From Burkholderiales bacterium (lineage in GTDB: Bacteria > Pseudomonadota > Gammaproteobacteria > Burkholderiales > Casimicrobiaceae), in the NCBI GenBank assembly GCA_020847675.1, contig JADLBN010000269.1, forward strand, positions 2,139 to 66,138: a stretch of DNA of 64,000 nt, read 5' to 3'. Under the pieces are notes generated by a model. It worked only from the letters and a program-made list of their open reading frames with translations, did no database searches and had not been told where the DNA came from. The first letter of the stretch is position 1. Each line of letters starts with the position of its first letter. The translations under genes were made by a program, and so were the position numbers. Below, piece after piece: positions 1 through 10,808 of this stretch.

Positions 1-1
1 C

Positions 2-1000
2 GGGCGCGGCGTCATCACCACCGCGACCTACGCTGCAAGGAAGCTCGGCGTGGGTTCCGCGATGGGGTTGATGAAGGCGTCGAAACTCGCGCCCGACGCC
101 ATCCTGCTGCCGGCGGACTTCGACGCCTACCGCGCGGCGTCGAAGGCGTTCAAGGCCGCGGTGCGCGCGATCGCGCCGACGGTCGAGGACCGCGGCATCG
201 ACGAGATCTACCTCGATCTCACCGGCGTTCGGCTTCCCGGTCACGAAGGCGAGCCCGAAGACGACGCCGATGCGTGGTGGAGGGCGCGCGACGTCGCGCG
301 CGCGTTGAAGGACGCGGTGCGCGCGGCGACATCGCTCTCCTGCTCGGTCGCTGTCGCTCCCAACAAGCTGCTCGCGAAGATCGCCTCCGACCTCGACAAG
401 CCGGACGGGTTGACGGTCGTGCGCGAGGCCGACGTTCCCGCGGTGATCTGGCCGCTGCCCGCGAAGCGGATCAACGGCATCGGTCCGAAGGCCGCCGCGC
501 GGCTCGAACGTCTCGGCATCGCGACGATCGGGGAACTCGCCTTCGCGGATCGCGCGAAACTCGTTTCGGTGTTCGGCGCGGGCTACGCGCGCTGGATGAT
601 CGACGCGGCGAATGGCCGCGACGACCGTCCGGTCGTGACCGAGAGCGAGCCGCGGTCGATCTCGCGCGAGACGACGTTCGAGCGCGACCTGTCGGCGAGA
701 CGCGACCGCGCCGAACTCACGCGCGTGTTCACCTGGCTCGCGGAGCACGTCGCGGGCGACCTCGTGCGCAAGGGATACGCGACGCGCACGATCGGTGTGA
801 AGCTCCGCTTCGACGATTTCACGACGGTCACCCGCGACCTGACGATCGACGAGCCGACGCAGGACGCGCGCGCAATCCGGCGCGCGGCCGGTGAATGCCT
901 GAAGCGCGTGCCGCTCGAGCGGCGCCTCCGACTGCTCGGCGTGCGCGCGGGCAACCTGGTATTGGCGAGCCCGGCGGCATCGCCGGCCGAGGACGACTGA
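2..1000 (+). CDS. dinB: DNA polymerase IV (Y-family), 5'-truncated by window edge
   Basis: Frame open from nt 2 (GRGVITTATYAARKLGVGSAM); motifs GIDEIYLDL, NKLLAKIASDLDKPDG, INGIGPK, SISRETTF, RLLGV. Confidence 0.95.
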   Translation, partial: GRGVITTATYAARKLGVGSAMGLMKASKLAPDAILLPADFDAYRAASKAFKAAVRAIAPTVEDRGIDEIYLDLTGVRLPGHEGEPEDDADAWWRARDVARALKDAVRAATSLSCSVAVAPNKLLAKIASDLDKPDGLTVVREADVPAVIWPLPAKRINGIGPKAAARLERLGIATIGELAFADRAKLVSVFGAGYARWMIDAANGRDDRPVVTESEPRSISRETTFERDLSARRDRAELTRVFTWLAEHVAGDLVRKGYATRTIGVKLRFDDFTTVTRDLTIDEPTQDARAIRRAAGECLKRVPLERRLRLLGVRAGNLVLASPAASPAEDD

Positions 1001-1097
1001 CCGGTATCGCTGCGGCGTGGCTCGCGGCCAAACGCGGATGGGGCCTCTTCCGCGCGGCCGGGCCTGCGCCGGCTGCTGGCGACGCCGTTCCAAGTAG

Positions 1098-3185
<2,088 letters not shown>

Positions 3186-3370
3186 CCGCGGCGGGTGGTC
3201 GCGGACGCAGGCGGTCGTCCCGTCCCGCGCAATGCGGCTCCTGCGGAACACCCTGCGAAGCGGTCGACAGCCGCAGGCGGCGGAGAACCGCGGGGGGCGC
3301 CGGGCGATAGTCCGGCGATTCGCGTTGTTGCATCCGCGCCACGCCTTCCCGCGCAGCGCGCGAATTTCTC

Positions 3371-3399
3371 TGGCGCTTCGACAAGCGTTTCCCTAGAAT
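3371..3399 (+). promoter_or_regulatory. Putative sigma70 promoter for the small-ORF cluster
   Basis: TAGAAT (3394-3399) with TGGCGC 17 nt upstream, in a locally AT-richer patch. Confidence 0.4.
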
Positions 3400-3444
3400 C
3401 CGTTCCTCGCTCGCAAGAGCCTACGCGCAACAGGAACCACGCTG

Positions 3445-3564
3445 ATGAACTTCACGACGCATACCGACACCCCGAACCCGGCGCCCGGCGCCCGGTGCGG
3501 CATGGCGTCGTGCGTCGTCATCGGCGGCATGCCGGCGTTCGCCGGCGCCCTGCGCGCGCAGTAG
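3445..3564 (+). CDS. 39-aa small ORF, possible leader peptide (MNFTTHTDTPNPAPGARCGMASCVVIGGMPAFAGALRAQ)
   Basis: AGGA upstream of ATG, GC-rich third codon positions, long hairpin right after TAG; below ORF-track cutoff. Confidence 0.5.
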   Translation: MNFTTHTDTPNPAPGARCGMASCVVIGGMPAFAGALRAQ

Positions 3565-3570
3565 CCCCCC

Positions 3571-3615
3571 GGCCTTCAGTGGTCCGCCGGGTGGCCGGCG
3601 GATCGATCGAAGGCC
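3571..3615 (+). promoter_or_regulatory. Bulged hairpin after leader ORF (attenuator/processing-like)
   Basis: Outer stem GGCCTTC/GAAGGCC, inner stem GGTCCGCCGG/CCGGCGGATC, loop GTGG. Confidence 0.5.
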
Positions 3616-3713
3616 CGAAGTCCTCCCTTCGTCCCGGTTCCGCCGCTCTCGCGGTCGAACGGTTGCGCCCATGCACTCCGCGCGGGCGCCTTGGATGAGA
3701 TGAAAGGAGGCCC

Positions 3714-3812
3714 ATGCTGACCCACGACATCGACACCACGGCCGCCGGCAGGCGGTGCGGCGCGTCGGCGGGTTCCTTCCCGTCCTGCGCGAGCGACCGG
3801 TTCGCGACCTGA
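3714..3812 (+). CDS. 32-aa small ORF (MLTHDIDTTAAGRRCGASAGSFPSCASDRFAT)
   Basis: Near-perfect SD AAAGGAGG just upstream of ATG; GC-rich third positions. Confidence 0.5.
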   Translation: MLTHDIDTTAAGRRCGASAGSFPSCASDRFAT

Positions 3813-4000
3813 GCGTCGCGGACGAGTCCCCGCACCTCGCCAGGCGGCATGCACTCCAACGATCGCCCGACCGGGCCGCGGACGATGCGCCACGCGCATC
3901 CCTGCCCCGGGAAGGCCGGGTCGTCGTGTCGCTCCGGACGCTTTCCGCGCCCGGCGCGGTCGCGGCGACCCTCACGACCAGGACATGCGAGGCACCCGGA

Positions 4001-4213
4001 ATGAAACGACGATACGAATTGCCGGAACGACCGTACGGCCGGCTCGATCTCCACTATGTGGGCGCCGGCAGGGCGGGCGCCTGCTACCGGCGCGACGACG
4101 GGCTGGAAGTGAGGCTCGCGGCGCCCGAGCGCGAACCGCCGGTCCAGCGCGAACGGCTGTCGGTGCTCGGCCTCATGCTCGCGTTCCTCGCGAGCGGCGA
4201 GCGGCCACGATGA
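4001..4213 (+). CDS. 70-aa hypothetical protein (MKRRYELPERPYGRLDLHYVG...)
   Basis: GAGG upstream of ATG, host-like codon usage, ATGA overlap with upstream 51-aa ORF (3849-4004). Confidence 0.5.
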   Translation: MKRRYELPERPYGRLDLHYVGAGRAGACYRRDDGLEVRLAAPEREPPVQRERLSVLGLMLAFLASGERPR

Positions 4214-4615
4214 GACCCGCGTCAACGCCGCGCCGCGTGCGCGCGTTGCACGGGAACGAAACGTCGCGACGCGAGGTCAACTCCGATGCGACGGCAGGAT
4301 TCCCTCCTTCGGGCGGGAGAACGGCGATCCTGCACGCTGTGCGCGGCGTGCTTAACCGGAGATCGGGATCGCCGCCGCAGGCACGGAGCGTTCCGCGCCT
4401 GCGGTCACCAGTCGGGAGGCCCGGCGGAGGACGACCCTCCGCCGGGATCCTCGACGAAACGGGATCGGCCCCGCGCACGGCGTGCGCGGGGTCGCGGGCT
4501 CGCCAGCGGCCGGACCTTCGCGCTTTGGGTTAGGATCGCGTCGCGCGGCGCACGACGCTCCGCGACCGTGCCGCTTCGGCGCGGGCGACGAATTCGTTCC
4601 GGGGAGATGACAGCG

Positions 4616-5617
4616 ATGGTGACGCGACGGGGATGGCTCAGGGCGGGACTGCTGGCGGCGATCGTGCTGGCCGGCGTGTCCGGCGCGCCGGCGGTGGCGC
4701 AGAACAAGCTCAAGGTGGCGGCGATCTACACGGTGCCCATCGAGCAGCAGTGGGTGAGCCGGATCCACAAGGCGCTCAACGCTGCGAAGGACCGCGGGGA
4801 GATCGAGTACGTCTTCTCCGAGAAGGTCGCGAACGCCGACTACGAGCGCGTGATGCGCGAGTACGCGGAGAAGGGCAACACGCTGATCGTGGGCGAGTCC
4901 TTCGCCGTCGAGGCGGCCGCGCGCAAGGTCGCGAAGGACTACCCGAAGGTCTCGTTCCTGATGGGAAGCTCGGGCAAGCCGCAGGCGCCGAACTTCTCGG
5001 TGTTCGACAACTACATCCAGGAACCGGCCTACCTCACCGGCATGGTGGCCGGCGGAATGACGAAGTCGAACAAGATCGGCATGGTCGGCGGCTACCCGAT
5101 CCCCGAGGTGAACCGGCTGATGCACGCGTTCATGGCCGGCGCGAAGGAGGTCAATCCCAAGGTCCAGTTCTACGTCACCTTCATCGGCTCGTGGTTCGAC
5201 CCGCCCAAGGCGAAGGAGGCCGCGTTCGCGATGGTGGAGAAGGGCGCCGACATCCTGTACGCGGAGCGCTTCGGCGTGTCCGACGCGGCGAAGGAGAAGG
5301 GCAAGCTCGCGATCGGCAACGTGATCGACACGCAGCCGCAGTATCCGGACACTGTCGTGTCCAGCGCGCTGTGGAACATGGAGCCGACGATCGAGCGCGC
5401 AATCAAGGCGGTGAAGAGCGGCAGCTTCAAGGCGGAGGACTACGGCCCCTACTCGATGATGAAGTACAAGGGCAGCGAACTCTCCCCCTACGGCACGTTC
5501 GATGCCAAGGTTCCGAAGGAACTCAAGGACAAGGTGGCCGCGAAGGAGAAGGCGATCCTCGAAGGCAAGTTCGTCGTCAAGATCGACGACCGCGAGCCGA
5601 AGGGCACGGCGAAATAA
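4616..5617 (+). CDS. BMP-family ABC transporter substrate-binding protein (nucleoside/nucleobase)
   Basis: SD GGGGAG; signal peptide (TRRGWL...AVA); GMVGGYPIPEVNRL, FIGSWFDPPKAKEAA. Confidence 0.9.
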   Translation: MVTRRGWLRAGLLAAIVLAGVSGAPAVAQNKLKVAAIYTVPIEQQWVSRIHKALNAAKDRGEIEYVFSEKVANADYERVMREYAEKGNTLIVGESFAVEAAARKVAKDYPKVSFLMGSSGKPQAPNFSVFDNYIQEPAYLTGMVAGGMTKSNKIGMVGGYPIPEVNRLMHAFMAGAKEVNPKVQFYVTFIGSWFDPPKAKEAAFAMVEKGADILYAERFGVSDAAKEKGKLAIGNVIDTQPQYPDTVVSSALWNMEPTIERAIKAVKSGSFKAEDYGPYSMMKYKGSELSPYGTFDAKVPKELKDKVAAKEKAILEGKFVVKIDDREPKGTAK

Positions 5618-5810
5618 GCCGCGCGGGCGGTTCGCACCCGGCCGGCGGCGTCCGCGAATGGACGTCCCGGCTTGCGGGCGGTCGCGGGCGGCGTTGCGCC
5701 GTGGCGGCTGACGAGGGAGCCGCGTCCGCGATCCGGGGCGCGATCCGCGGGACACCAGACTGCGCTGTACGCAGGACCGTTGCCGGGACCAGCGCAAAGA
5801 CCACTCGCGG

Positions 5811-7343
5811 ATGAGCGAACCCGTCCTTCGCCTCTCCGGCATCACCCGGCGCTTCGGCGCGCTGGTCGCGAACGACGGGATCACGCTCGACCTCGCGGCG
5901 GGCGAAGTGCTCGCGCTCCTGGGCGAGAACGGCGCCGGGAAGTCGACGCTCGTCTCGATCCTGTTCGGGCACTACGTCGCGGACGCGGGGACGATCGAGG
6001 CGTTCGGGCGGCCGCTGCCGCCCGGCGATCCGGCCGCGGCGCTCGCTGCGGGCATCGGGATGGTCCACCAGCACTCGACGCTGGCCGACAACCTGACGGT
6101 GCTCGACAACGTGATGCTCGGCACCGAACCGCTGTGGCGGCCGCTCTCGCGGCGGCGGGAGGGTCGTGCGCGCCTCGTCGCCACCGCGGAGCGCTTCGGC
6201 CTCGCGGTCGATCCCGACGCGCGCGTGGCGCGGCTCTCGGTCGGCGAGCGGCAGCGCGTCGAGATCCTCAAGGCGCTCACCCGCGACGCGCGCGTGCTGA
6301 TCCTCGACGAGCCGACCGCGGTGCTGACGCCCCAGGAGAGCGAGGCGCTGTTCACGACGCTGCGCGGCATGGTCGCCGAAGGCCTCTCGGTGATCTTCAT
6401 CAGCCACAAGCTCGACGAAGTGCTTCGCGTGTCGGACCGCATCGCGGTGCTGCGCACCGGCCGGCTCGTGGCGGCGATGCCCTCGCGCGGGACCTCCAAG
6501 GCCGCGCTCGCCGAGGCGATGGTCGGGCGCGCGGTCGCGCCGCCGGTCGCGAAACCGCACGCGCGCGGCGACGTCGTCTGCGTGCTCGATCGCGTCGCGA
6601 TGCGGGGCGAGCGAGTCGGTGAGCGCCTCGATGGCGTGTCGCTCGCGCTCCACGCCGGCGAGATCACCGCGATCGCGGGCGTCGCGGGCAACGGCCAGGC
6701 GGCGCTGGTCGACCTCCTGTGCGGCATGCGGGCGGCGGACGCCGGCAGCGTCACGCTCGGCGGCGCGGCGCTGCCGGCGGATCCGCGCGGGTGGATCGAC
6801 GCCGGCGCGGCGCGCATCCCCGACGACCGCCGCGAGGTCGGCACGCTCGGCGACCTGCCGGTGTGGGAGAACGCGATCGCCGAGCGCTACCGGCGGCCGT
6901 TCGCGAGCGGCGGCATCGTGCGGCGGCGTTCTGCGCGCGCGTACGCACGCAGGCTCGTGGACCGCTACGACGTGCGCGGGGCGGGCATCGACACCCCGGT
7001 CCGAACGCTCTCCGGCGGCAACATGCAGAAGCTGATCGTCGGACGCGCGCTGTCGGGCGGCGCGTCGAAGCCGGACGCGTACCTGCCGACGCTGATCGTG
7101 GCGAGCCAGCCGACCTGGGGGCTCGACGCGGGCGCGGTGGCCTGGGTGCACCAGCAGCTTCTCGACGCCTGCGCGCGCGGCTCCGCGGTGCTGCTGGTGT
7201 CGGAGGACCTGGACGAAATCTTCGCGCTCGCCGACCGCATCGCGGTGATCCACGGCGGCAGGCTCGTGCCGCCGCGCCCCGCGAAGCAGTGGACGCTCGC
7301 GGAGATCGGCCTCGCGATGGCGGGGGTTCGCGATGCGGCTTGA
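5811..7343 (+). CDS. Nucleoside/sugar ABC transporter ATP-binding protein (two NBDs)
   Basis: GENGAGKST, LSVGERQRVEI, LILDEPTAVL, LSGGNMQK, SQPTWGLD. Confidence 0.95.
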   Translation: MSEPVLRLSGITRRFGALVANDGITLDLAAGEVLALLGENGAGKSTLVSILFGHYVADAGTIEAFGRPLPPGDPAAALAAGIGMVHQHSTLADNLTVLDNVMLGTEPLWRPLSRRREGRARLVATAERFGLAVDPDARVARLSVGERQRVEILKALTRDARVLILDEPTAVLTPQESEALFTTLRGMVAEGLSVIFISHKLDEVLRVSDRIAVLRTGRLVAAMPSRGTSKAALAEAMVGRAVAPPVAKPHARGDVVCVLDRVAMRGERVGERLDGVSLALHAGEITAIAGVAGNGQAALVDLLCGMRAADAGSVTLGGAALPADPRGWIDAGAARIPDDRREVGTLGDLPVWENAIAERYRRPFASGGIVRRRSARAYARRLVDRYDVRGAGIDTPVRTLSGGNMQKLIVGRALSGGASKPDAYLPTLIVASQPTWGLDAGAVAWVHQQLLDACARGSAVLLVSEDLDEIFALADRIAVIHGGRLVPPRPAKQWTLAEIGLAMAGVRDAA

Positions 7344-8394
7344 GGCGCGCGGGGCGGTCTCGCCTGCGATGGCGCTCGCCGCGCCGGTCGTCGCGGTCGC
7401 GTTCACGCTGGCCGTCGCCGCGCTGTTCGTGGCCTGGGCCGGCGCGCCGGTGGGCCGCACCTACGCGCTGATCTTCGAGGGCGGATTCGGCTCGCGATTC
7501 GCGTGGTCCGAGACGCTTACGCGCGCGACACCGCTGATCCTGACCGGGCTCGCGGCCGCCATCGCGTTTCGCGCACGGCTCTACAACATCGGCGCGGAGG
7601 GGCAACTCTACGCGGGCGCGCTCGCCGCGGTGGCGGTGGGCGGCCTTCACGGCGGGACCGGGTTCGACCTGCCACCAGCGTTGCTCCTGGTCGCGATGTT
7701 CGCCGCGGCGGCGCTCGCGGGCGGGCTGCTCATGGCACTGCCGGCGTTCGCGAAGACGCGCTTCGGCGTCGACGAGGTGGTCACCACGCTGCTCCTCAAC
7801 TTCATCGTGCTGCTGTTCGTCTCGATGATGCTCGACGGTCCGATGAAGGACCCCGCCGCGATGGGCTGGCCGCAGAGCGTCGCGTTGCGCGAGGAGCTGG
7901 AGCTGCCGAAGCTGGTGGAGCGCACGCGCGTGCACGCGGGCCTCCTGATCGCGATCGGGCTCGCCGTGCTGTCGTGGACCGCGATGCGCGCGACGACGTT
8001 CGGCTTCGAGGTCCGCGCCGTCGGCGCGAACCCGAGGGCAGCTCGCTTCGCGGGCGTGCCGGTCGCGCGGACGCTCCTGCTGGTCGCGCTCGCCTCCGGC
8101 GCGGCGGCGGGACTGGGCGGGGCGATCGAAGTGGCCGGTCGCACCGGCTATGTCACGCTCGACATGTCGCCGGGCTACGGCTACACCGGCATCGTGATCG
8201 CGATGCTCGCGGGCTTGAACCCGCTCGGCGTGGTGGCTGCCGCGGTCTTCGTCGCCGGTGTGCTCGTCGGCGCGGACAGCATGAGCCGCGCGGCGTCGGT
8301 GCCGACCTACATCGCCGACGTCATCGTCGCCGTCGCGCTGATCGCGATGCTCGTCGCCGCGCTCGCGGCGCGCTACCGGATCCGCCTGCGCTGA
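7333..8394 (+). CDS. ABC transporter permease (NupB-like)
   Basis: NIGAEGQ, DEVVTTLLLN, GFEVRAVGANP, GYGYTGIVIAML; multi-TM. Confidence 0.92.
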   Translation: MRLEARGAVSPAMALAAPVVAVAFTLAVAALFVAWAGAPVGRTYALIFEGGFGSRFAWSETLTRATPLILTGLAAAIAFRARLYNIGAEGQLYAGALAAVAVGGLHGGTGFDLPPALLLVAMFAAAALAGGLLMALPAFAKTRFGVDEVVTTLLLNFIVLLFVSMMLDGPMKDPAAMGWPQSVALREELELPKLVERTRVHAGLLIAIGLAVLSWTAMRATTFGFEVRAVGANPRAARFAGVPVARTLLLVALASGAAAGLGGAIEVAGRTGYVTLDMSPGYGYTGIVIAMLAGLNPLGVVAAAVFVAGVLVGADSMSRAASVPTYIADVIVAVALIAMLVAALAARYRIRLR

Positions 8395-8397
8395 CCG

Positions 8398-9324
8398 ATG
8401 CTCGACGCGCTCGCCTCGATGCTCGCCAACGCCGACTTCTGGTCGGCGGTGCTGCGCATCGCCACGCCGCTCGTCTTCGGCACGGTGGGCGTGCTCCTGT
8501 GCGAGCGGGTGGGCGTGCTGAACCTCGGCATCGAAGGGATCATGGTCGCCGGGGCGTTCACCGGCTGGCTCGCGGTGCACGCGGGGGCAGGGCTGTGGAC
8601 GGGGGTGCTCGTGGCTGCCGTCACAGGCGCGCTGTTCGGCCTGCTCCACGGCATCCTGACGGTGCCCCTCGCGCTCTCGCAGCACGTGTCGGGGCTGGGG
8701 ATCACGATGTTCGCCACCGCCGTCGCCTACTACGCCTACCGGGTGAGCTTCCCGAACGTGTCGACGCCGCCGACGATCGCGACCTTCGCGGAGATGTCGT
8801 GGCTCGGCGTGCCGGTCCTCGCGGCGCAGACGCCGATGACGCTCGTCGCGATCGCGCTCGTCCCGCTCGTCGCGTGGGTCCTCTACCGCACGCCGCTCGG
8901 GCTCGCGCTGCGCATGGTCGGCGAGAACCCGGCGGCCGCGGAGGGCCAGGGCCTCTCGGTCTACGCGCTGCGCATCGGATCGATCGCGGCGGGCAGCGCG
9001 CTGATGGGCGTGGCGGGCGCGTTCCTGACGCTGTCCGCATTCAACTCGTTCTTCTTCAACATGGTAAACGGCCGCGGCTGGATCTGCGTCGCGCTCGTCG
9101 TGTTCGCCGGCTGGCGGCCGGGGAAGGCGCTCTTCGGCGCGCTGCTGTTCGCGTTCTTCGATGCGATGCAGCTCCGCCTGCAGCAGTCCGATGCCGGTGC
9201 GCTACCCTACCAGGCGTGGCTGATGCTTCCCTACGTCCTGTCGATCCTCGCGCTGGTCGCGGTCGCGCGCCGCGCGAGCTATCCGCAGGCGCTGATGCGG
9301 CCCTACCGCAAGGGCGAGCGCTGA
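8398..9324 (+). CDS. ABC transporter permease (NupC-like)
   Basis: ERVGVLNLGIEGIM, LRMVGENP, GRGWICVALV, LPYVLSI. Confidence 0.92.
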   Translation: MLDALASMLANADFWSAVLRIATPLVFGTVGVLLCERVGVLNLGIEGIMVAGAFTGWLAVHAGAGLWTGVLVAAVTGALFGLLHGILTVPLALSQHVSGLGITMFATAVAYYAYRVSFPNVSTPPTIATFAEMSWLGVPVLAAQTPMTLVAIALVPLVAWVLYRTPLGLALRMVGENPAAAEGQGLSVYALRIGSIAAGSALMGVAGAFLTLSAFNSFFFNMVNGRGWICVALVVFAGWRPGKALFGALLFAFFDAMQLRLQQSDAGALPYQAWLMLPYVLSILALVAVARRASYPQALMRPYRKGER

Positions 9325-9329
9325 CCTCC

Positions 9330-9356
9330 GGTCCCACGGACAACGTCCGTGGGACC
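9330..9356. other. 12-bp perfect hairpin after transporter genes; extended -10-like TGCGGTATAGT lies just downstream (9401-9411)
   Basis: GGTCCCACGGAC-AAC-GTCCGTGGGACC; no U-tract. Confidence 0.5.
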
Positions 9357-9432
9357 CGGGGTGCGCCCGCGCGGTTCGCGCCCAGGCGGGCACCACTCGC
9401 TGCGGTATAGTGTTCGTTTGAGGGGCGAGCGC

Positions 9433-10686
9433 ATGAACCCCGAGACCCGCACCGCCAAGCACATCCGCCTCACGTCGCACCCGGCCGAAGGAGCGTGGGG
9501 CGCGCTGCCGATCCACTGGGGCCGGGCCGATCCGAAGGGGCGCGGGCCGGTCGTCGGCAGCACCGCGAACCGCAGCCAGCGCAACGTCATCGGCACCCAC
9601 AGCGGCAGCTACGGCGTCTACCGTGCGCTCGCAGTCGCCGCCGGCGCGCTGATGCGCGGGCACAAGCCCGACCTCACCAATACGGCGCCGACCGATCCGA
9701 TCGGACCGTATCCGCAGTGGGGCGATCCGGAGAAGATCGTTTCGATCGACCCGTTCGGCGCGATCGTCGCCAGCGCGTTCGCCGAAGAGATCGCGGCCGG
9801 TTACGACATCCGGCCGACGATCGCGGTCACCAAGGCGCACATCGACCTGCCCGAGGTGCATTCGGCGATGCAGGCGGGCCGATTGTCCGCGGACGGCCGC
9901 ATCCTGCTGGCCAACGGATCCGCGGTCGTCACCAAGTCGGCGATCGAGCCGGTGTGGTGGCTGCCCGGCGTGGCGAAGCGCTTCGGCGTCGCAGAGGGCG
10001 ACCTTCGACGCGCGCTGTTCGAGGAGACCGGTGGCATGTATCCGGAGCTCGTCACGCGCGGCGACCTCGAGGTGTTCCTGCCGCCGATCGGCGGGCAGAC
10101 CGCCTACGTGTTCGGCGATCCGAAGCACCTCGCCGATCCCTCGGTGACGCTCACCGCGCGCGTGCACGACGAGTGCAACGGCTCCGACGTGTTCGGTTCC
10201 GACATCTGCACCTGCCGCCCCTACCTCACGCACGCGATCGAGGAGTGCATCCGCGGCGCGCAAGCCGGCGGTGTGGGACTCGTCGTCTACTGCCGCAAGG
10301 AGGGCCGGGCGCTCGGCGAGGTCACCAAGTTCCTGGTCTACAACGCGCGCAAGCGCCAGGAGGGCGGCGACTCGGCGTCGAACTACTTCCTTCGCACCGA
10401 GTGCGTTGCCGGTGTGCAGGACATGCGCTTCCAGGAACTGATGCCCGACGTGCTGCACTGGTTCGGTGTCCGGCGCATCCACCGCCTGGTGTCGATGAGC
10501 AACATGAAGTTCGACGCGATCACCGGCGGTGGCATCGAGGTCGGCGAGCGCGTTCCGATCCCCGACGAGCTCATCCCGTCCGACGCGCGCGTCGAGATGG
10601 ACGCGAAGATGGCGGCCGGTTACTTCACCGAGGGCGCGAAGCCCGGCGAGGCCGAGCTCAAGGCGGCGAAGGGCCGGGGGTTGTGA
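9433..10686 (+). CDS. GTP cyclohydrolase II-like protein (Urc1-type cyclohydrolase)
   Basis: N-terminal extension (IHWG..DP..RGPVVG, RNVIGTHSGSY) plus RVHDECNGSDVFGSDICTC and EGRALGEVTKFLVYNAR. Confidence 0.9.
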   Translation: MNPETRTAKHIRLTSHPAEGAWGALPIHWGRADPKGRGPVVGSTANRSQRNVIGTHSGSYGVYRALAVAAGALMRGHKPDLTNTAPTDPIGPYPQWGDPEKIVSIDPFGAIVASAFAEEIAAGYDIRPTIAVTKAHIDLPEVHSAMQAGRLSADGRILLANGSAVVTKSAIEPVWWLPGVAKRFGVAEGDLRRALFEETGGMYPELVTRGDLEVFLPPIGGQTAYVFGDPKHLADPSVTLTARVHDECNGSDVFGSDICTCRPYLTHAIEECIRGAQAGGVGLVVYCRKEGRALGEVTKFLVYNARKRQEGGDSASNYFLRTECVAGVQDMRFQELMPDVLHWFGVRRIHRLVSMSNMKFDAITGGGIEVGERVPIPDELIPSDARVEMDAKMAAGYFTEGAKPGEAELKAAKGRGL

Positions 10687-10808
10687 TCCCCCCGAAGCGC
10701 GCAGACGCGCTTCCCCCCGAGGGGGCGGACGGCGATCTCGGGACGGCCCATCGATCGCCGGTGATCCCCCCGAAGCGCGCAGACGCGCTTCCCCCCGAGG
10801 GGGCGGAC
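10683..10808. repeat. Two identical 48-bp palindromic elements (10683-10730, 10761-10808), 78-bp period
   Basis: GTGATCCCCCCGAAGCGCGCAGACGCGCTTCCCCCCGAGGGGGCGGAC twice; internal hairpin GAAGCGCG/CGCGCTTC. Confidence 0.95.

Noticed and set aside
4420-4446. ACGA-loop hairpin as guanidine-II (mini-ykkC) riboswitch
   Set aside because: That class needs two similar ACGR-loop hairpins next to the SD; only one is present, far from the start codon
4286-4615. Upstream extensions given by the ORF track (also for 9349, 17536, 18974, 36801, 59750)
   Set aside because: Low-complexity extensions; downstream starts with SD or overlap match the family N-termini better
9433-10686. ribA (riboflavin synthesis)
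   Set aside because: Long N-terminal domain and linkage to DUF1688 and upp indicate the Urc1 subgroup
10683-10808. 48-bp repeat-30-bp spacer-repeat as a mini CRISPR array
   Set aside because: Only two units, the spacer is a degenerate continuation of the element, it lies in a reading frame, and there are no cas genes
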